42,153 nt of DNA from a virus (IMGVR_UViG_3300033067_001395:1-42153); one strand, 5' to 3'. Positions 25,823 through 35,603 are shown, counted from the first letter of the stretch. Numbers and translations: made by a program. Notes: a model not told the origin generated them from the letters alone.

Positions 25823-27570
25823 AGAATTTGATTTTATCCCTTTTGCTTTTTGTTTCGAGCATCACGCTTGGACAAAGCTTCATTAAAGGAAACGTGCTCT
25901 ACGAAACGCCTACGGTAACGACGGCGTCGGGAGTTACGACGGCTATCTTGGTGACGAGCCAGCCGAACCAAGAGCTCACGGGAACCACCACGCAGACGTA
26001 CTCGCTGCCGGACGTGCAGGCGACGAGCCCGGATATCTCGCCTGGATTTACGATCAAGTTTCAGAATAACTCCACGGGTAGCGCATTCTTTACCTACGCC
26101 GATGGAAGTGCAGCGGCTACCGTGCGAGCAGGCGAGCGTGCGGATTTCGTGCTCACATCGAACGCTACAACCAACGGGACATGGGCTGTTAAGTATCTCG
26201 ATCACGTGAAGCTTGCGGGTGACACGATGACCGGCCCGCTTACGGTCCCCTCGCTCAACGGAATCACATCTTCGATTATTGCTTATCTAAGCGGCCTCAC
26301 CGCGAACGTTCAAACGCAAATCGATGGGAAGGTGAACCGCGCAGGCGATACTATGACCGGAGGCCTTGGCCTGGATTATGTTGGCGTGAACGCCTCAACG
26401 GTTCCTTATCTTGATTCGGCTCGTCGGTTTACATCCTCGACCATCACACCCACGGAGCTTGGATATCTCACGGGCTTGACCGGCAACGTTCAATCTCAAA
26501 TCAACGCAGGCGGTGGAGGCGGCGGAGCCACTACGTTCGTTTTAAAAGCGGGCGATACGATGACAGGAAACCTTGGGCTCGCGGGCACTAGCGCAACCGC
26601 ATCTCGCGCATTATTCCTAGATGCATCTCGGATTGTTTCCTCTAGCTCGGTTACTTCAACGGAGCTTGGGTATTTGAGCGGAACAACCGCAAGCGTTCAA
26701 ACGCAGCTCAATGCGCTGGCTCAGTTTTTCGTGCCTCCCACGGTTCAAACATTCTATTCGGGAAGCGGCACGCAAAACATGCCATACGGCTTTTTGAGCA
26801 CGTCGATTTCAGCGCAGGTGGGCGCAACGTACACACACAACTCGGTGACTTATGCCGTACTGACAAGCATAACAACCGCGACAATTGCGCATTTGACCGG
26901 GCCGAGTGCGCCGCTTACCTCCGGCACTCTCACCAAAATTTCAGGCACGGGCGACGCCTCAATCGTGTTCACCGCTTACAAAAAGCCAATCATCTATGAG
27001 GTGATCATGGTTGGCGGCGGCGGCGGTGGGGGCCCATCGGGAACCTCTGGCTCAACGGCGGCAACGGCTGGCGGTAACTCAACTCTTGGTAGCTCATTCC
27101 TTACGGCAAACGGCGGCACGGGCGGTGCTTTTGGTGGCGCGGCCGGCGCGGGCGGCTCTTATGTAATCAACCTCCCAGCAATTGATAATGGCTCATCCAT
27201 TGGCGGCTACGGCGGCGGCTCAAGTTGGTCGACGAACACTTCGGCTACGGCATCGCTTGCGGGCGGGATCGGCGGCATGTCGTGTCTTGGCGGCAACGTA
27301 GCACAGAGCTACGCACCGCCAGGTGCGGCTTCTGCATCCAGTACGGGATCAGGCGGCGCGGGCGCGGGTAACGGAACCACAACATCACAAAACTTTGTAG
27401 GCTCGGGCGGCGGCGCAGGCGGGTGCATTCGTGTGCTGATCCCAAATCCCAGTGCAACATACGCCTACGCAGTTGGTGCAGGCGGCACGCACGGCTTTAC
27501 GCTCGCCAACGGTTTCAACGGCGGCGACGGCGGGGCAGGCCAAATCATTATCAAGAGCATCTACCAGTAA
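25819..27570 (+). CDS. Fibre-like protein with N-terminal signal-peptide-like sequence and Gly-rich C-terminal domain
   Basis: ATGA overlap at 25819; MKNLILSLLLFVSSITLG; three V..AGDTMTG repeats, TELGYL.G.T..VQ.Q repeats, Gly-rich tip. Confidence 0.75.
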   Translation: MKNLILSLLLFVSSITLGQSFIKGNVLYETPTVTTASGVTTAILVTSQPNQELTGTTTQTYSLPDVQATSPDISPGFTIKFQNNSTGSAFFTYADGSAAATVRAGERADFVLTSNATTNGTWAVKYLDHVKLAGDTMTGPLTVPSLNGITSSIIAYLSGLTANVQTQIDGKVNRAGDTMTGGLGLDYVGVNASTVPYLDSARRFTSSTITPTELGYLTGLTGNVQSQINAGGGGGGATTFVLKAGDTMTGNLGLAGTSATASRALFLDASRIVSSSSVTSTELGYLSGTTASVQTQLNALAQFFVPPTVQTFYSGSGTQNMPYGFLSTSISAQVGATYTHNSVTYAVLTSITTATIAHLTGPSAPLTSGTLTKISGTGDASIVFTAYKKPIIYEVIMVGGGGGGGPSGTSGSTAATAGGNSTLGSSFLTANGGTGGAFGGAAGAGGSYVINLPAIDNGSSIGGYGGGSSWSTNTSATASLAGGIGGMSCLGGNVAQSYAPPGAASASSTGSGGAGAGNGTTTSQNFVGSGGGAGGCIRVLIPNPSATYAYAVGAGGTHGFTLANGFNGGDGGAGQIIIKSIYQ

Positions 27571-27579
27571 GGGGCTGAT

Positions 27580-27900
27580 ATGGAAATTTCAGACAAGGAG
27601 TTCATAACCATCTTAGTTTCTGGATTCACTGCGTGCTTTAGCGCGGTTGTCGGCCTTGTCGTTTGGATCTTTCTTTCCACGAGAGAATCCATCAAGGAAT
27701 GGATGACGAGCGTTGCAAAGGACATGCACCGGGTTTCCGATAACATGTCGAACATTTCAGAGGATGTTGGCCTAATGAAGACTAGCATCGTGGAGCATTT
27801 CACGGAGTTTAAATCTCACAAGGACACCACGAAAGAGAAGTTTGAAAGTGCCACAAGGCGATTTGAGAAGATCGAAGACAAGTTAGAAAAACGCAAGTAA
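27580..27900 (+). CDS. Holin-like single-TM coiled-coil protein
   Basis: One N-terminal TM segment, charged C-terminus, directly upstream of the endolysin. Confidence 0.55.
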   Translation: MEISDKEFITILVSGFTACFSAVVGLVVWIFLSTRESIKEWMTSVAKDMHRVSDNMSNISEDVGLMKTSIVEHFTEFKSHKDTTKEKFESATRRFEKIEDKLEKRK

Positions 27901-27924
27901 CGACTCTCGGGGGAGGGCCGCCAC

Positions 27925-28485
27925 ATGGGCAGCAGCGAGCAGCTTTTAAAGAAGAACGCCAACACCGTTCGCCTACAGTGGTGCAGATCTCAGCGCGCAA
28001 AGTTCGGCAAGGATCTCCACCCGGAATATCTAAAGCGTTACCAAAAGCTATGCGAGATCATGGACAATACTTTCTGGGCTCCCTATTCCGGTACGCGCTC
28101 GCTCGAAGAACAAACCAAGATTTACTCAGCCGGTCGAACGGCACCCGGCGACATCGTAACGAACGCACGTCCGGGGGATAGCGCCCACAATTGGGGATGT
28201 GCAACGGACTGGGCGGAGTTTCATCCCGAGTTCAAAGCACATGATCCATGGGATAAGGCTGATTGGCATGTTTATGCTACGGCGGTTATCGACTGCGGTT
28301 TGGATTGGGGTGGGGATTGGGACCGGGACGGCATCACGGAAAAAGGCGAGAACGATTACCCACATTGTCAGCTTCCGCTCAAAAAGCCTTGGCGCTACAT
28401 CGGGGATACCTATCGCCTTCATGGATCCGAAGATGCGGCCCGCGAAATTGCGCGATTCACGCTCCCGTGGAAGACTGAGCAATAA
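27925..28485 (+). CDS. Endolysin, M15 family peptidase (L-Ala-D-Glu peptidase-like)
   Basis: RS.EEQ..IY..GRT.PG.IVTNA.PG.S.HN.G.A.D, WGGDW, D.PH.Q. Confidence 0.9.
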   Translation: MGSSEQLLKKNANTVRLQWCRSQRAKFGKDLHPEYLKRYQKLCEIMDNTFWAPYSGTRSLEEQTKIYSAGRTAPGDIVTNARPGDSAHNWGCATDWAEFHPEFKAHDPWDKADWHVYATAVIDCGLDWGGDWDRDGITEKGENDYPHCQLPLKKPWRYIGDTYRLHGSEDAAREIARFTLPWKTEQ

Positions 28486-31001
28486 TGGCTAGCCCGAACA
28501 TTCCCCAGAACTTTCTCAATTTCCTAACCAACAATTCGAAGCGCATTTCAATCGTCGCCGAGATTGACGGGGTCGATGACGTGTTCACGTCGGTTCCCAT
28601 TGGAACGAGGATTCGATACGGTGATGGAACGTTGTACGGGGAGACGGTTGGCGGGGAGCCGCTTGTTTATGGCGGCCTGCGCCCGTACACGACGCCTAAC
28701 GGTGGGGTAGCACGTTCGCTCCTGAGCTTGGAAAAGAGTTCGCTATCTCGGATGCAAAAGCTTGAGCAGGAGCAGGGCCGCGCTTCGATCAGCCAAATGG
28801 GACTAGCGTTCCTAGATAAAGATGGTTACATGACCCGGCTTTGCACGCCCGGACAGGTGGTTCCCGAGATCATGGGCCGCACCGTTCGCGTTCGCATTGG
28901 ATCGCCGGAGATTTCCTACCCCGATGATTATTGGCTTATTTTCCAGGGCCGAATTCAGACCATAGACACGATTGAGAACCTGATAACTCTCAAGCTTGCC
29001 GATCCCAACCTGCGCCGCATCCGCTCGATATGCTACACGGCCACAACAACCCTAACGTCGGGAATCAATAGCTCCGTTACGACCATTCCCGTAGTGAGCA
29101 ATGGCGACTTTTATAAACAAATTCTAGGACCGGATGGGAATGAAGACCCAACGGTTAAGACCTATTTCAAGATCGAAGATGAATGGATTGAGTATTCTAG
29201 GACTGGGATCGGCACGAACGTATTTACAAGCGTTACGCGCGGTGCACGCGGAACCACGGCCGCCGCTCATTTGATTGATTCCGACGTAACCGCAGCGGTG
29301 CAAATCTCGGGCAACCCCATGGAGATGGCTCTAAAGCTTATGCTTTCCGGATGGGAAGGCCCGTATCAAACCGGGGTCGGAATCTCGAACATCGTTTACA
29401 CGGGAAGCCCCATCACGGGATACGTGGCGAACTCGTTAACGCTTGAATCCGGCGTGGATGCGGTTGCGGATCTTGGCCTTGCCCCTGGGGATTACCTAAC
29501 CATTACGGGAGATCCGAACTTTGCGAACAACGTTACGGTTGTGATTGATAGCTTTCAGGATCTACCGGATCAAACAAACGCGATTATCGTAACGAACACG
29601 GCGCTCGTGAACTCGCCCGCTACGCCTGCGGTCATGGCTTTGAGATCGCAATATGATACCTGGCCGACAAACTGCGGGGCAAGAATGTACCCGTGGGAAG
29701 TGGATGTTGCCGCACACCAAGAACTTCGCCAGGGTTTCCTAGCCGCCGATCAGATGCGCGATTTCATCACGGACGGGATCGATAAGGCTAAAGACTATAT
29801 CGAAAAGGAGCTTTACCTACCATCGGCCGCGTACTCGCTCACGCGCGAGGGACGATGTTCGGTCAAGGTAACGCTCCCGCCTATTGCCGATCAAACGCTC
29901 CAAATCGTAGATAATACGGTCGTTGTTCGTCCGAACGAAATAGCTATTCAAAGATCCCTATCGAATCGAAACTTCTTTAACCAGGTTGATTTTACCTATG
30001 ACCTGGACGACTCGGGGAAGTACACAACGAACCTTAGATTTTTGGATGCCGATTCGCTGTCCGAGATCGAAGTTCTATCGGTGCTCCCGATTGTTTCACG
30101 TGCAACAAAATCGGATCTAACCACGACGAGCCTAATTGAGGCGCGCATGAATCGGACGCTCAATCGGTACAAGCGAGCGGCTATTTTGCTAAAGGCGCGC
30201 GTCAACTTCCAGGTCGGACTCATCATGGAGCCGGGCGATATTGTAGTGGTCAAGGACGTGGGCAATCTTCAGATTCCTAACTTCGATACGGGCGAGCGCA
30301 ACCTAGGCTCCGCTCTCATGGAGGTCAAAGAAGTTTCCCTTGATATCATCGCCGGAAACGTTTCGGTTACTTTCCTAAGCGGTCTTGGCTTCAATATCCA
30401 AGATCGATTCGCAACCGTAGCGCCTAGCTCCCAGTGCAGCTCCGTGGGTTCTACAACCTCGCGCGTGCGTATCCTTCCTAGCTACGGGGCAATTTATAAT
30501 TCAAACGAATGGAAGAAGTGGAAGGCCTACGTCGGGACTAAAATTGCCGTCCACACTTACGACTATTCGACCTACGAGGAAACAACTCTAACTGGACTTG
30601 ATTCCGGAAATCCAAACATCCTGCTCGTGAGCCCCGCGCTGTCGTTCACGCCTAGCGCCTCGCATATCGTGGACCTGGCCCGATACTCGCTTTCCACGGA
30701 CGTATACGATCAGGAAATTCAAAAGATCGTACATTGTTTCTTTGATCGCACGGTTCCAATTGTATCGGGAATCAGCGCAACGCAGTTTACCGTAGGCGCG
30801 GGCGACGTTGATTATTTCATCGTTGGAAGACCGCTCGAAGTACGCACGGCAACGTGGAGCGTGATCAGCCCCGAGGTTCTGATAACGAACGTGACGGGAA
30901 CCACGATAACAGTTGAGAACATGGGCTTCACCCCGAACTCAACGTATAAAGCTGAGCTTGTTTCTTGGCCTGATGGCCGAGGCCCCTACCGTTTCATTTA
31001 A
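28485..31001 (+). CDS. Tail tip / hub (central tail) protein
   Basis: 838 aa, IF.GRI..I, RGA.GT.AA.H, GDIV.V motifs; in tail module. Confidence 0.7.
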   Translation: MASPNIPQNFLNFLTNNSKRISIVAEIDGVDDVFTSVPIGTRIRYGDGTLYGETVGGEPLVYGGLRPYTTPNGGVARSLLSLEKSSLSRMQKLEQEQGRASISQMGLAFLDKDGYMTRLCTPGQVVPEIMGRTVRVRIGSPEISYPDDYWLIFQGRIQTIDTIENLITLKLADPNLRRIRSICYTATTTLTSGINSSVTTIPVVSNGDFYKQILGPDGNEDPTVKTYFKIEDEWIEYSRTGIGTNVFTSVTRGARGTTAAAHLIDSDVTAAVQISGNPMEMALKLMLSGWEGPYQTGVGISNIVYTGSPITGYVANSLTLESGVDAVADLGLAPGDYLTITGDPNFANNVTVVIDSFQDLPDQTNAIIVTNTALVNSPATPAVMALRSQYDTWPTNCGARMYPWEVDVAAHQELRQGFLAADQMRDFITDGIDKAKDYIEKELYLPSAAYSLTREGRCSVKVTLPPIADQTLQIVDNTVVVRPNEIAIQRSLSNRNFFNQVDFTYDLDDSGKYTTNLRFLDADSLSEIEVLSVLPIVSRATKSDLTTTSLIEARMNRTLNRYKRAAILLKARVNFQVGLIMEPGDIVVVKDVGNLQIPNFDTGERNLGSALMEVKEVSLDIIAGNVSVTFLSGLGFNIQDRFATVAPSSQCSSVGSTTSRVRILPSYGAIYNSNEWKKWKAYVGTKIAVHTYDYSTYEETTLTGLDSGNPNILLVSPALSFTPSASHIVDLARYSLSTDVYDQEIQKIVHCFFDRTVPIVSGISATQFTVGAGDVDYFIVGRPLEVRTATWSVISPEVLITNVTGTTITVENMGFTPNSTYKAELVSWPDGRGPYRFI

Positions 31002-31013
31002 AGGAGAAAGATC

Positions 31014-31691
31014 ATGACAAACATCACGCCAAGCACCGCTAGAATTCAGGAAGAGGCGGTTGATTTTAGATCTCCCGTGAGCGAGTCCGTTGGTTTCGCC
31101 ATCGGCGGAGCCGTGAACTATCTTCTAGATACGACCGACACGCAGACGGTGAATATCGCAGCGAACGCCGCTCAAATTGTTACAATAAAAGATAACATTT
31201 ACCTGCGCGGCACAACGTACACCGAAGGTGTTACCTACAACCTAACTGATCCGTTTGGCGAAACATTGATTGCCACACTGGCGATTAGCGGCAAAGCTAA
31301 CCCATCTGGACAAGCCAAATTTAGATTGGATTATGGTTTTAACCAGGCCTATGCCACGGCTTCTTATACTTTAGGTCCTTCATTCGCTACGGCCGTCACT
31401 TATGAAACGCGCTTTCGTGTGAGTTACACGATTGGTGCCTCGCCTGAAACTAACGTGATCGATATCACAAAGAACGGATCTGTGGCTTCGGGTGCGCCGC
31501 CTCAAACGGGAACTTTTCTTGGCAGCTGGAATTATTTAGACGGTAATTTTTCAGTGCATCAATTTAACCTGTTAGCTGACGACACGGTGACTTTCCGTGT
31601 GTACGTGGATTTCAACCGACTCACGGGTGCGGCTTTTGGAGCTACGTTTCAAGCTAACGCCTTGAATATGTGCCTGACTCAGCTCCGATAG
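31014..31691 (+). CDS. Minor tail / receptor-binding candidate
   Basis: AAGGAG RBS, beta-rich, follows the tail tip gene. Confidence 0.6.
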   Translation: MTNITPSTARIQEEAVDFRSPVSESVGFAIGGAVNYLLDTTDTQTVNIAANAAQIVTIKDNIYLRGTTYTEGVTYNLTDPFGETLIATLAISGKANPSGQAKFRLDYGFNQAYATASYTLGPSFATAVTYETRFRVSYTIGASPETNVIDITKNGSVASGAPPQTGTFLGSWNYLDGNFSVHQFNLLADDTVTFRVYVDFNRLTGAAFGATFQANALNMCLTQLR

Positions 31692-31759
31692 ATTTTAGAC
31701 ACGTTTTTTCCTTTGGAATAAATCCCCCCTTCGGTACAATTTTAGGAGGGGGAAACAAA

Positions 31760-31945
31760 ATGAAAAAATGGTACTTGTCTAAAACTCTATGGGTTCAGTT
31801 CCTAGCAACCGCAATCGTGGTTTTCTCTACGATTGGAAAGCCTGAAATCGGCGAGTGGATCAAGGGTCACTTGGTTGAAAGCTCTAGCTTCTGGGCGGTC
31901 GTGAACATCGTCGTGAGAAAATTCACGAATGAAGAGATCACTTGA
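31760..31945 (+). CDS. Small membrane protein, holin candidate
   Basis: AGGAGG RBS; MKKWYLSKTLW motif and two hydrophobic segments. Confidence 0.65.
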   Translation: MKKWYLSKTLWVQFLATAIVVFSTIGKPEIGEWIKGHLVESSSFWAVVNIVVRKFTNEEIT

Positions 31946-32142
31946 AAAACTACGTAGCATTGGCCACTGCGATCCTCCAGTTCGCAGTGGCCGTTATTCG
32001 CGCATGGCTTGCGGCTCCCTCTAGGAAGGCCGTCGTCGAGGATCAAATCAAGCTAGCTAAGAGCTTGAAGGACGCCATGGTTAAGGTGAAGGAATCGGGC
32101 GGCGATACTTCGGCCATTGAGGAAATCATCAATGCTTCTTGA
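31942..32142 (+). CDS. Inner-membrane spanin-like (Rz-like) protein
   Basis: N-terminal TM plus helical domain; overlaps the following lipoprotein gene. Confidence 0.55.
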   Translation: MKNYVALATAILQFAVAVIRAWLAAPSRKAVVEDQIKLAKSLKDAMVKVKESGGDTSAIEEIINAS

Positions 32143-32353
32143 AATATTGGCTTTGATTGTTTTGGCCGGTTGCGCATCTACGGGTGTTCCCGCTCAGCGT
32201 CCCGTAAAAGTTTACATGCACTCGGTGGAGAACCATGGGTTTGTTCGCGCCCAGGCGCACGAGATTGTTCCGTATGAGGCCGCGCCTCAGTGGATGGCGC
32301 TCACGCCGGAAGACTTCGAAGTTTTGATCCTACGTTGTAAATTGGCGCAATAG
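32132..32353 (+). CDS. Outer-membrane spanin-like (Rz1-like) lipoprotein
   Basis: MLLEILALIVLAGC lipobox; last gene of the late operon. Confidence 0.65.
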   Translation: MLLEILALIVLAGCASTGVPAQRPVKVYMHSVENHGFVRAQAHEIVPYEAAPQWMALTPEDFEVLILRCKLAQ

Positions 32354-33154
32354 TCGGGATTGCAAAAGCTTCTGGTCTTTGAATAGTTGGGAGTCGCGGC
32401 AAATAACGCCGTGCCAGCGCCCGCGCAGCAGCTCTAAATTGAAATCAACTTTGCGGTTTCCACCCGATAGCGATTCGTAGTGGATCAACTTGGCATCGGG
32501 TAGCACGATACAAATCTTATCTAGGAGCATTCGAACGCGGAAACAAAGATCCACGTCCTCAAAGCACCACGAGAATTCGTCATGGAATCCGCCGAGGGCG
32601 CGGAAGTCTTGCGCACGCATCCCGAGGCAAGCGCCCGTGACGGCCTGAAACACCATGGGACGGCCCCAGTATTCCGGCTGAATGGCCACGTCCGAGAATC
32701 CCAGGAGCTTGTGCGCGAATTGCCCGAGATTTCCGGGCGTAACGTCGCGATCCACGATCACCCCGCAGTGCTGCATGGAACCGTTCGGGTAGTAGAGGCA
32801 CGCGCCCACCGCGCCCACGTGTGGGTTTTTGGTGAGCGCATCGTGAAACATTGTCACGAAATCCGACTCCGCGACCATGTCGTTATTGAGAAAAATCAGC
32901 GTTTCGCCTTCCGCGCCCTGCCGAACCGCTCCGTTGTTCATGGAGGAGAAGTTCCCGGCGTTGTCGTGCTGAATGTATTTTACGCGGTTGCCACGGAAGT
33001 CGATATTTTGAAGGCACTCTAGCGTATCGTCGCTCCCATTATCTAAGACCACCCATTGCCAGGGAGTGCCCGTACACTTTTCAACTAGCGATTTCGCCAA
33101 GGCTTCGATGTAATACGCCTTGTTGTAGGTGAGTGTTACGAGCGAGACTTTCAT
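32330..33154 (-). CDS. Glycosyltransferase family 2
   Basis: VSLV.LTYN, VLDNGS.D, NFS..NN, FLNND, AVTGACL, GGF, EDVDLC. Confidence 0.92.
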   Translation of the reverse strand: MKVSLVTLTYNKAYYIEALAKSLVEKCTGTPWQWVVLDNGSDDTLECLQNIDFRGNRVKYIQHDNAGNFSSMNNGAVRQGAEGETLIFLNNDMVAESDFVTMFHDALTKNPHVGAVGACLYYPNGSMQHCGVIVDRDVTPGNLGQFAHKLLGFSDVAIQPEYWGRPMVFQAVTGACLGMRAQDFRALGGFHDEFSWCFEDVDLCFRVRMLLDKICIVLPDAKLIHYESLSGGNRKVDFNLELLRGRWHGVICRDSQLFKDQKLLQSRLLRQFTT

Positions 33155-34161
33155 TTCATGTCCATAAGTTCGCGCACGAGATCAGCGCGCATTTTGTTAA
33201 CCTTGCTCAAAAGGTAATGGTCATAGATTACGACCTGGGATGCGATAGCTTTAGATGCCCCGCCTTCCATGTTTATAATTCCAAGGGAAATATTTTCTAC
33301 TTGGTTCGTGTATTTCCATTCATCGGATCCGATATCCGAAACCACGCAAGCCGATCCGCCATGCCAGCTAGCTTCAAGCCACGCGATGTTGCTCTTAGCT
33401 TTATTGAGATCGTTATTCTCAAGCGGCACCATGTGAAACGATGCATTTAAATCGGATAGCTTTCGAAGAAACGTATCAACCTCCCCGTTCCATTCGATAT
33501 GCGACCACGTACCAAGCGGGAGTACGGGCTCCAGTACGTGCGGTTTCATTCCGAAGAAAACGAATCGATAACCAAGCTCGACGAGCTTTCGAACGTCGTC
33601 TTTTACAATCGCCAAATCCTGCGCGTGCGAGTTACCACCGCGCCACGCGATGATTTTATTAGGCGCTTGCCTGGGCGCTTTAGGCTCCGGAAACAAATAG
33701 TCATCAATGGCGTTCGGGATCACGCGAATGTCGTTTGTAATCCCTTTGATGTTTTGGAAGGCTCCACGCAGGTTCTCGGTTGTGACCGTAATGACATCGG
33801 CTAGGCGCATGCATTCTAGAATCGCATCGCGAACTTGATCGGAGGAAAAGTGATTCCATTCCGGGTGCGCGTATGGGAGCGATAGCAGGTTGTCGTCGTG
33901 ATCCACCCAAACCTTAAGGCCCATGTCTTTTGCGCGTCTGCATAGGTAAGCGTATGAGGGGAAAGCCGGGCGCAGAATAAGCATAATGTCGTGCTTCATA
34001 ATCATCGGCCAAGCGAGCTTCATGTCCGGCGTGCAAAAGGTGCATTCGACCTGCCCCGTTTTAGCGAGATACGACATCGGACCTGCGGCTCGGTACCAAG
34101 AGGATGTTTCCGATAGGTCGGGAGATACGACAAGGATCTTTGGAATGGGGGATCTAATCAT
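33151..34161 (-). CDS. Glycosyltransferase, GT-B/GT4-like
   Basis: WYR...P, VD.DD.L, ADVITVTT..L, VIPNAID, I.WRGG.SH..DL, PL..N..N.AKS.I.WLE. Confidence 0.85.
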   Translation of the reverse strand: MIRSPIPKILVVSPDLSETSSWYRAAGPMSYLAKTGQVECTFCTPDMKLAWPMIMKHDIMLILRPAFPSYAYLCRRAKDMGLKVWVDHDDNLLSLPYAHPEWNHFSSDQVRDAILECMRLADVITVTTENLRGAFQNIKGITNDIRVIPNAIDDYLFPEPKAPRQAPNKIIAWRGGNSHAQDLAIVKDDVRKLVELGYRFVFFGMKPHVLEPVLPLGTWSHIEWNGEVDTFLRKLSDLNASFHMVPLENNDLNKAKSNIAWLEASWHGGSACVVSDIGSDEWKYTNQVENISLGIINMEGGASKAIASQVVIYDHYLLSKVNKMRADLVRELMDMK

Positions 34162-34172
34162 TAGGGAAATAA

Positions 34173-34661
34173 TTAAAGAAAAATTTTCCTGACGTCAAAG
34201 TTATACGAGTGCCCTAGATGAATGCCGGGGTTTTTCTCAGGTCCTAGCGATTGCCCCGCCTCAAGCTTTAGCACCTGAGAGACGGGAAAGAACTGCACAA
34301 TATCTAGCTCGCGAAACCAAATGACAAGGCCCGCGTGCGTGCAAAAGGACAGCTTGTGAAGCGCATCTATTTGGTGATCGGTCTGCATCGAATAGGAAAA
34401 GGTTTTTCCATCCACGGTCTTGGTGTCCACGAACGCAATCGTTTGGTTATGGTGAATGATGTAATCAAAGGGGCTTTTCACGCGCACGAGGTTAGGGCGT
34501 TTGGTTTGCGGATTGAAACCCTTGGTGATGCATCCGGCGGGGATCTCCACGCAGCAGATTGATCTACCCGCGCACGCACGCTCGAATAGGAATTCAAAAT
34601 GCTTGCCTACGTTTTGGGCTTTTTTCCCTGCGATCTTGCGGCGGAGTTCTTTGACTTTCAC
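34173..34661 (-). CDS. RecU-like Holliday junction resolvase
   Basis: G..FE, KSPFDY, FVDTKT, HQ...L motifs. Confidence 0.8.
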   Translation of the reverse strand: MKVKELRRKIAGKKAQNVGKHFEFLFERACAGRSICCVEIPAGCITKGFNPQTKRPNLVRVKSPFDYIIHHNQTIAFVDTKTVDGKTFSYSMQTDHQIDALHKLSFCTHAGLVIWFRELDIVQFFPVSQVLKLEAGQSLGPEKNPGIHLGHSYNFDVRKIFL

Positions 34662-34849
34662 CGGGGCAGTATATCGAAAAGGCGGAGGGGATCAAATGCG
34701 CTTCCTCAAATCCCCTCGACGTTTGTTTTAGAAACAAGTCGTCCGCGCGTTCGTCGACCATTCCGGCCTTCTTCATGAGCCCAGTCTCTATGACGGCATT
34801 TCAGCCCCATGGATTCGCACCCAGTAGGCCCATGAAGAAAGCTAGAGGC

Positions 34850-35074
34850 CTAATACCCAGCCTTCCGTCTAGTGTCTACGGCTTCATCGTAAGATCGAAT
34901 AGGACCATGGTCATTGACATAAGTGCTTGGGCGATCAAACACCACACGCATAACCGCTGCTGCTTTCACCTCAGCACGAAGCAAGAGGAGCTCAGATGCC
35001 ATCATGAAAGCCTCAGTGGTTTCAACAAACTTGGGATATTCCTGTATTGAGATAAGACGAATATTAGTGATCAT
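34850..35074 (-). CDS. Hypothetical protein
   Basis: ATGA overlap with the upstream gene. Confidence 0.55.
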   Translation of the reverse strand: MITNIRLISIQEYPKFVETTEAFMMASELLLLRAEVKAAAVMRVVFDRPSTYVNDHGPIRSYDEAVDTRRKAGY

Positions 35075-35271
35075 TTGTCCCTTCCAAAGAACTCAGGTGC
35101 GGCCACTCTCAACTCTGCCATGAATTGATCCGCCGGGAAATGCCTAAGGCAATCCCCAGCTCTGATGCGGATTTCCCTTGGTACCTTAGGCGTCTTCTTG
35201 GGATCTAAAAGGGAATATAAGAACTCACGCGTCTTTTGAATAGCAGTATAGCGTTCAGGGGGAATCGTCAT
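35071..35271 (-). CDS. BPSL0761-like small protein
   Basis: MT.P.ER..A...TREFL..L...PK..R..A...LRHFP pattern, recalled from that family. Confidence 0.7.
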   Translation of the reverse strand: MTIPPERYTAIQKTREFLYSLLDPKKTPKVPREIRIRAGDCLRHFPADQFMAELRVAAPEFFGRDK

Positions 35272-35603
35272 TCATCCCACCCAGCTAGGTCTTTGAGATC
35301 GACACGTTTATATCCTCCAGAAGGCTTATTGGCGTTCTCTGGTAGCGCAAGCAAATAACCCGATTCGTTCCACCAAAGCACAAGCTTCGGCTTTGGGTCG
35401 TCTTCTAGGATGATGTCGTTATTAGATTCTTTATCTACAATATCGAAGCGTCCGTCCTCCTGCCAAATCGCGGGCTCCCAAGCGCCACATGTAAAAACTG
35501 CTCCATGAATAGGGTACACGGAACTTCCGTCTATGGCGTAAATCCGCACTGGTTTGCCATGCCTGGTTTTTAATCCTTGAGCACCGACTCCAATCTTTTT
35601 CAT
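35268..35603 (-). CDS. Conserved hypothetical phage protein
   Basis: TR.G..VRIYA.DG...YPIHGA motif. Confidence 0.7.
   Translation of the reverse strand: MKKIGVGAQGLKTRHGKPVRIYAIDGSSVYPIHGAVFTCGAWEPAIWQEDGRFDIVDKESNNDIILEDDPKPKLVLWWNESGYLLALPENANKPSGGYKRVDLKDLAGWDE

Noticed and set aside
34685-34718. GAGGGGAT/ATCCCCTC inverted repeat as a terminator
   Set aside because: Loop is long and there is no adjacent U-tract on the transcribed minus strand; role unsupported
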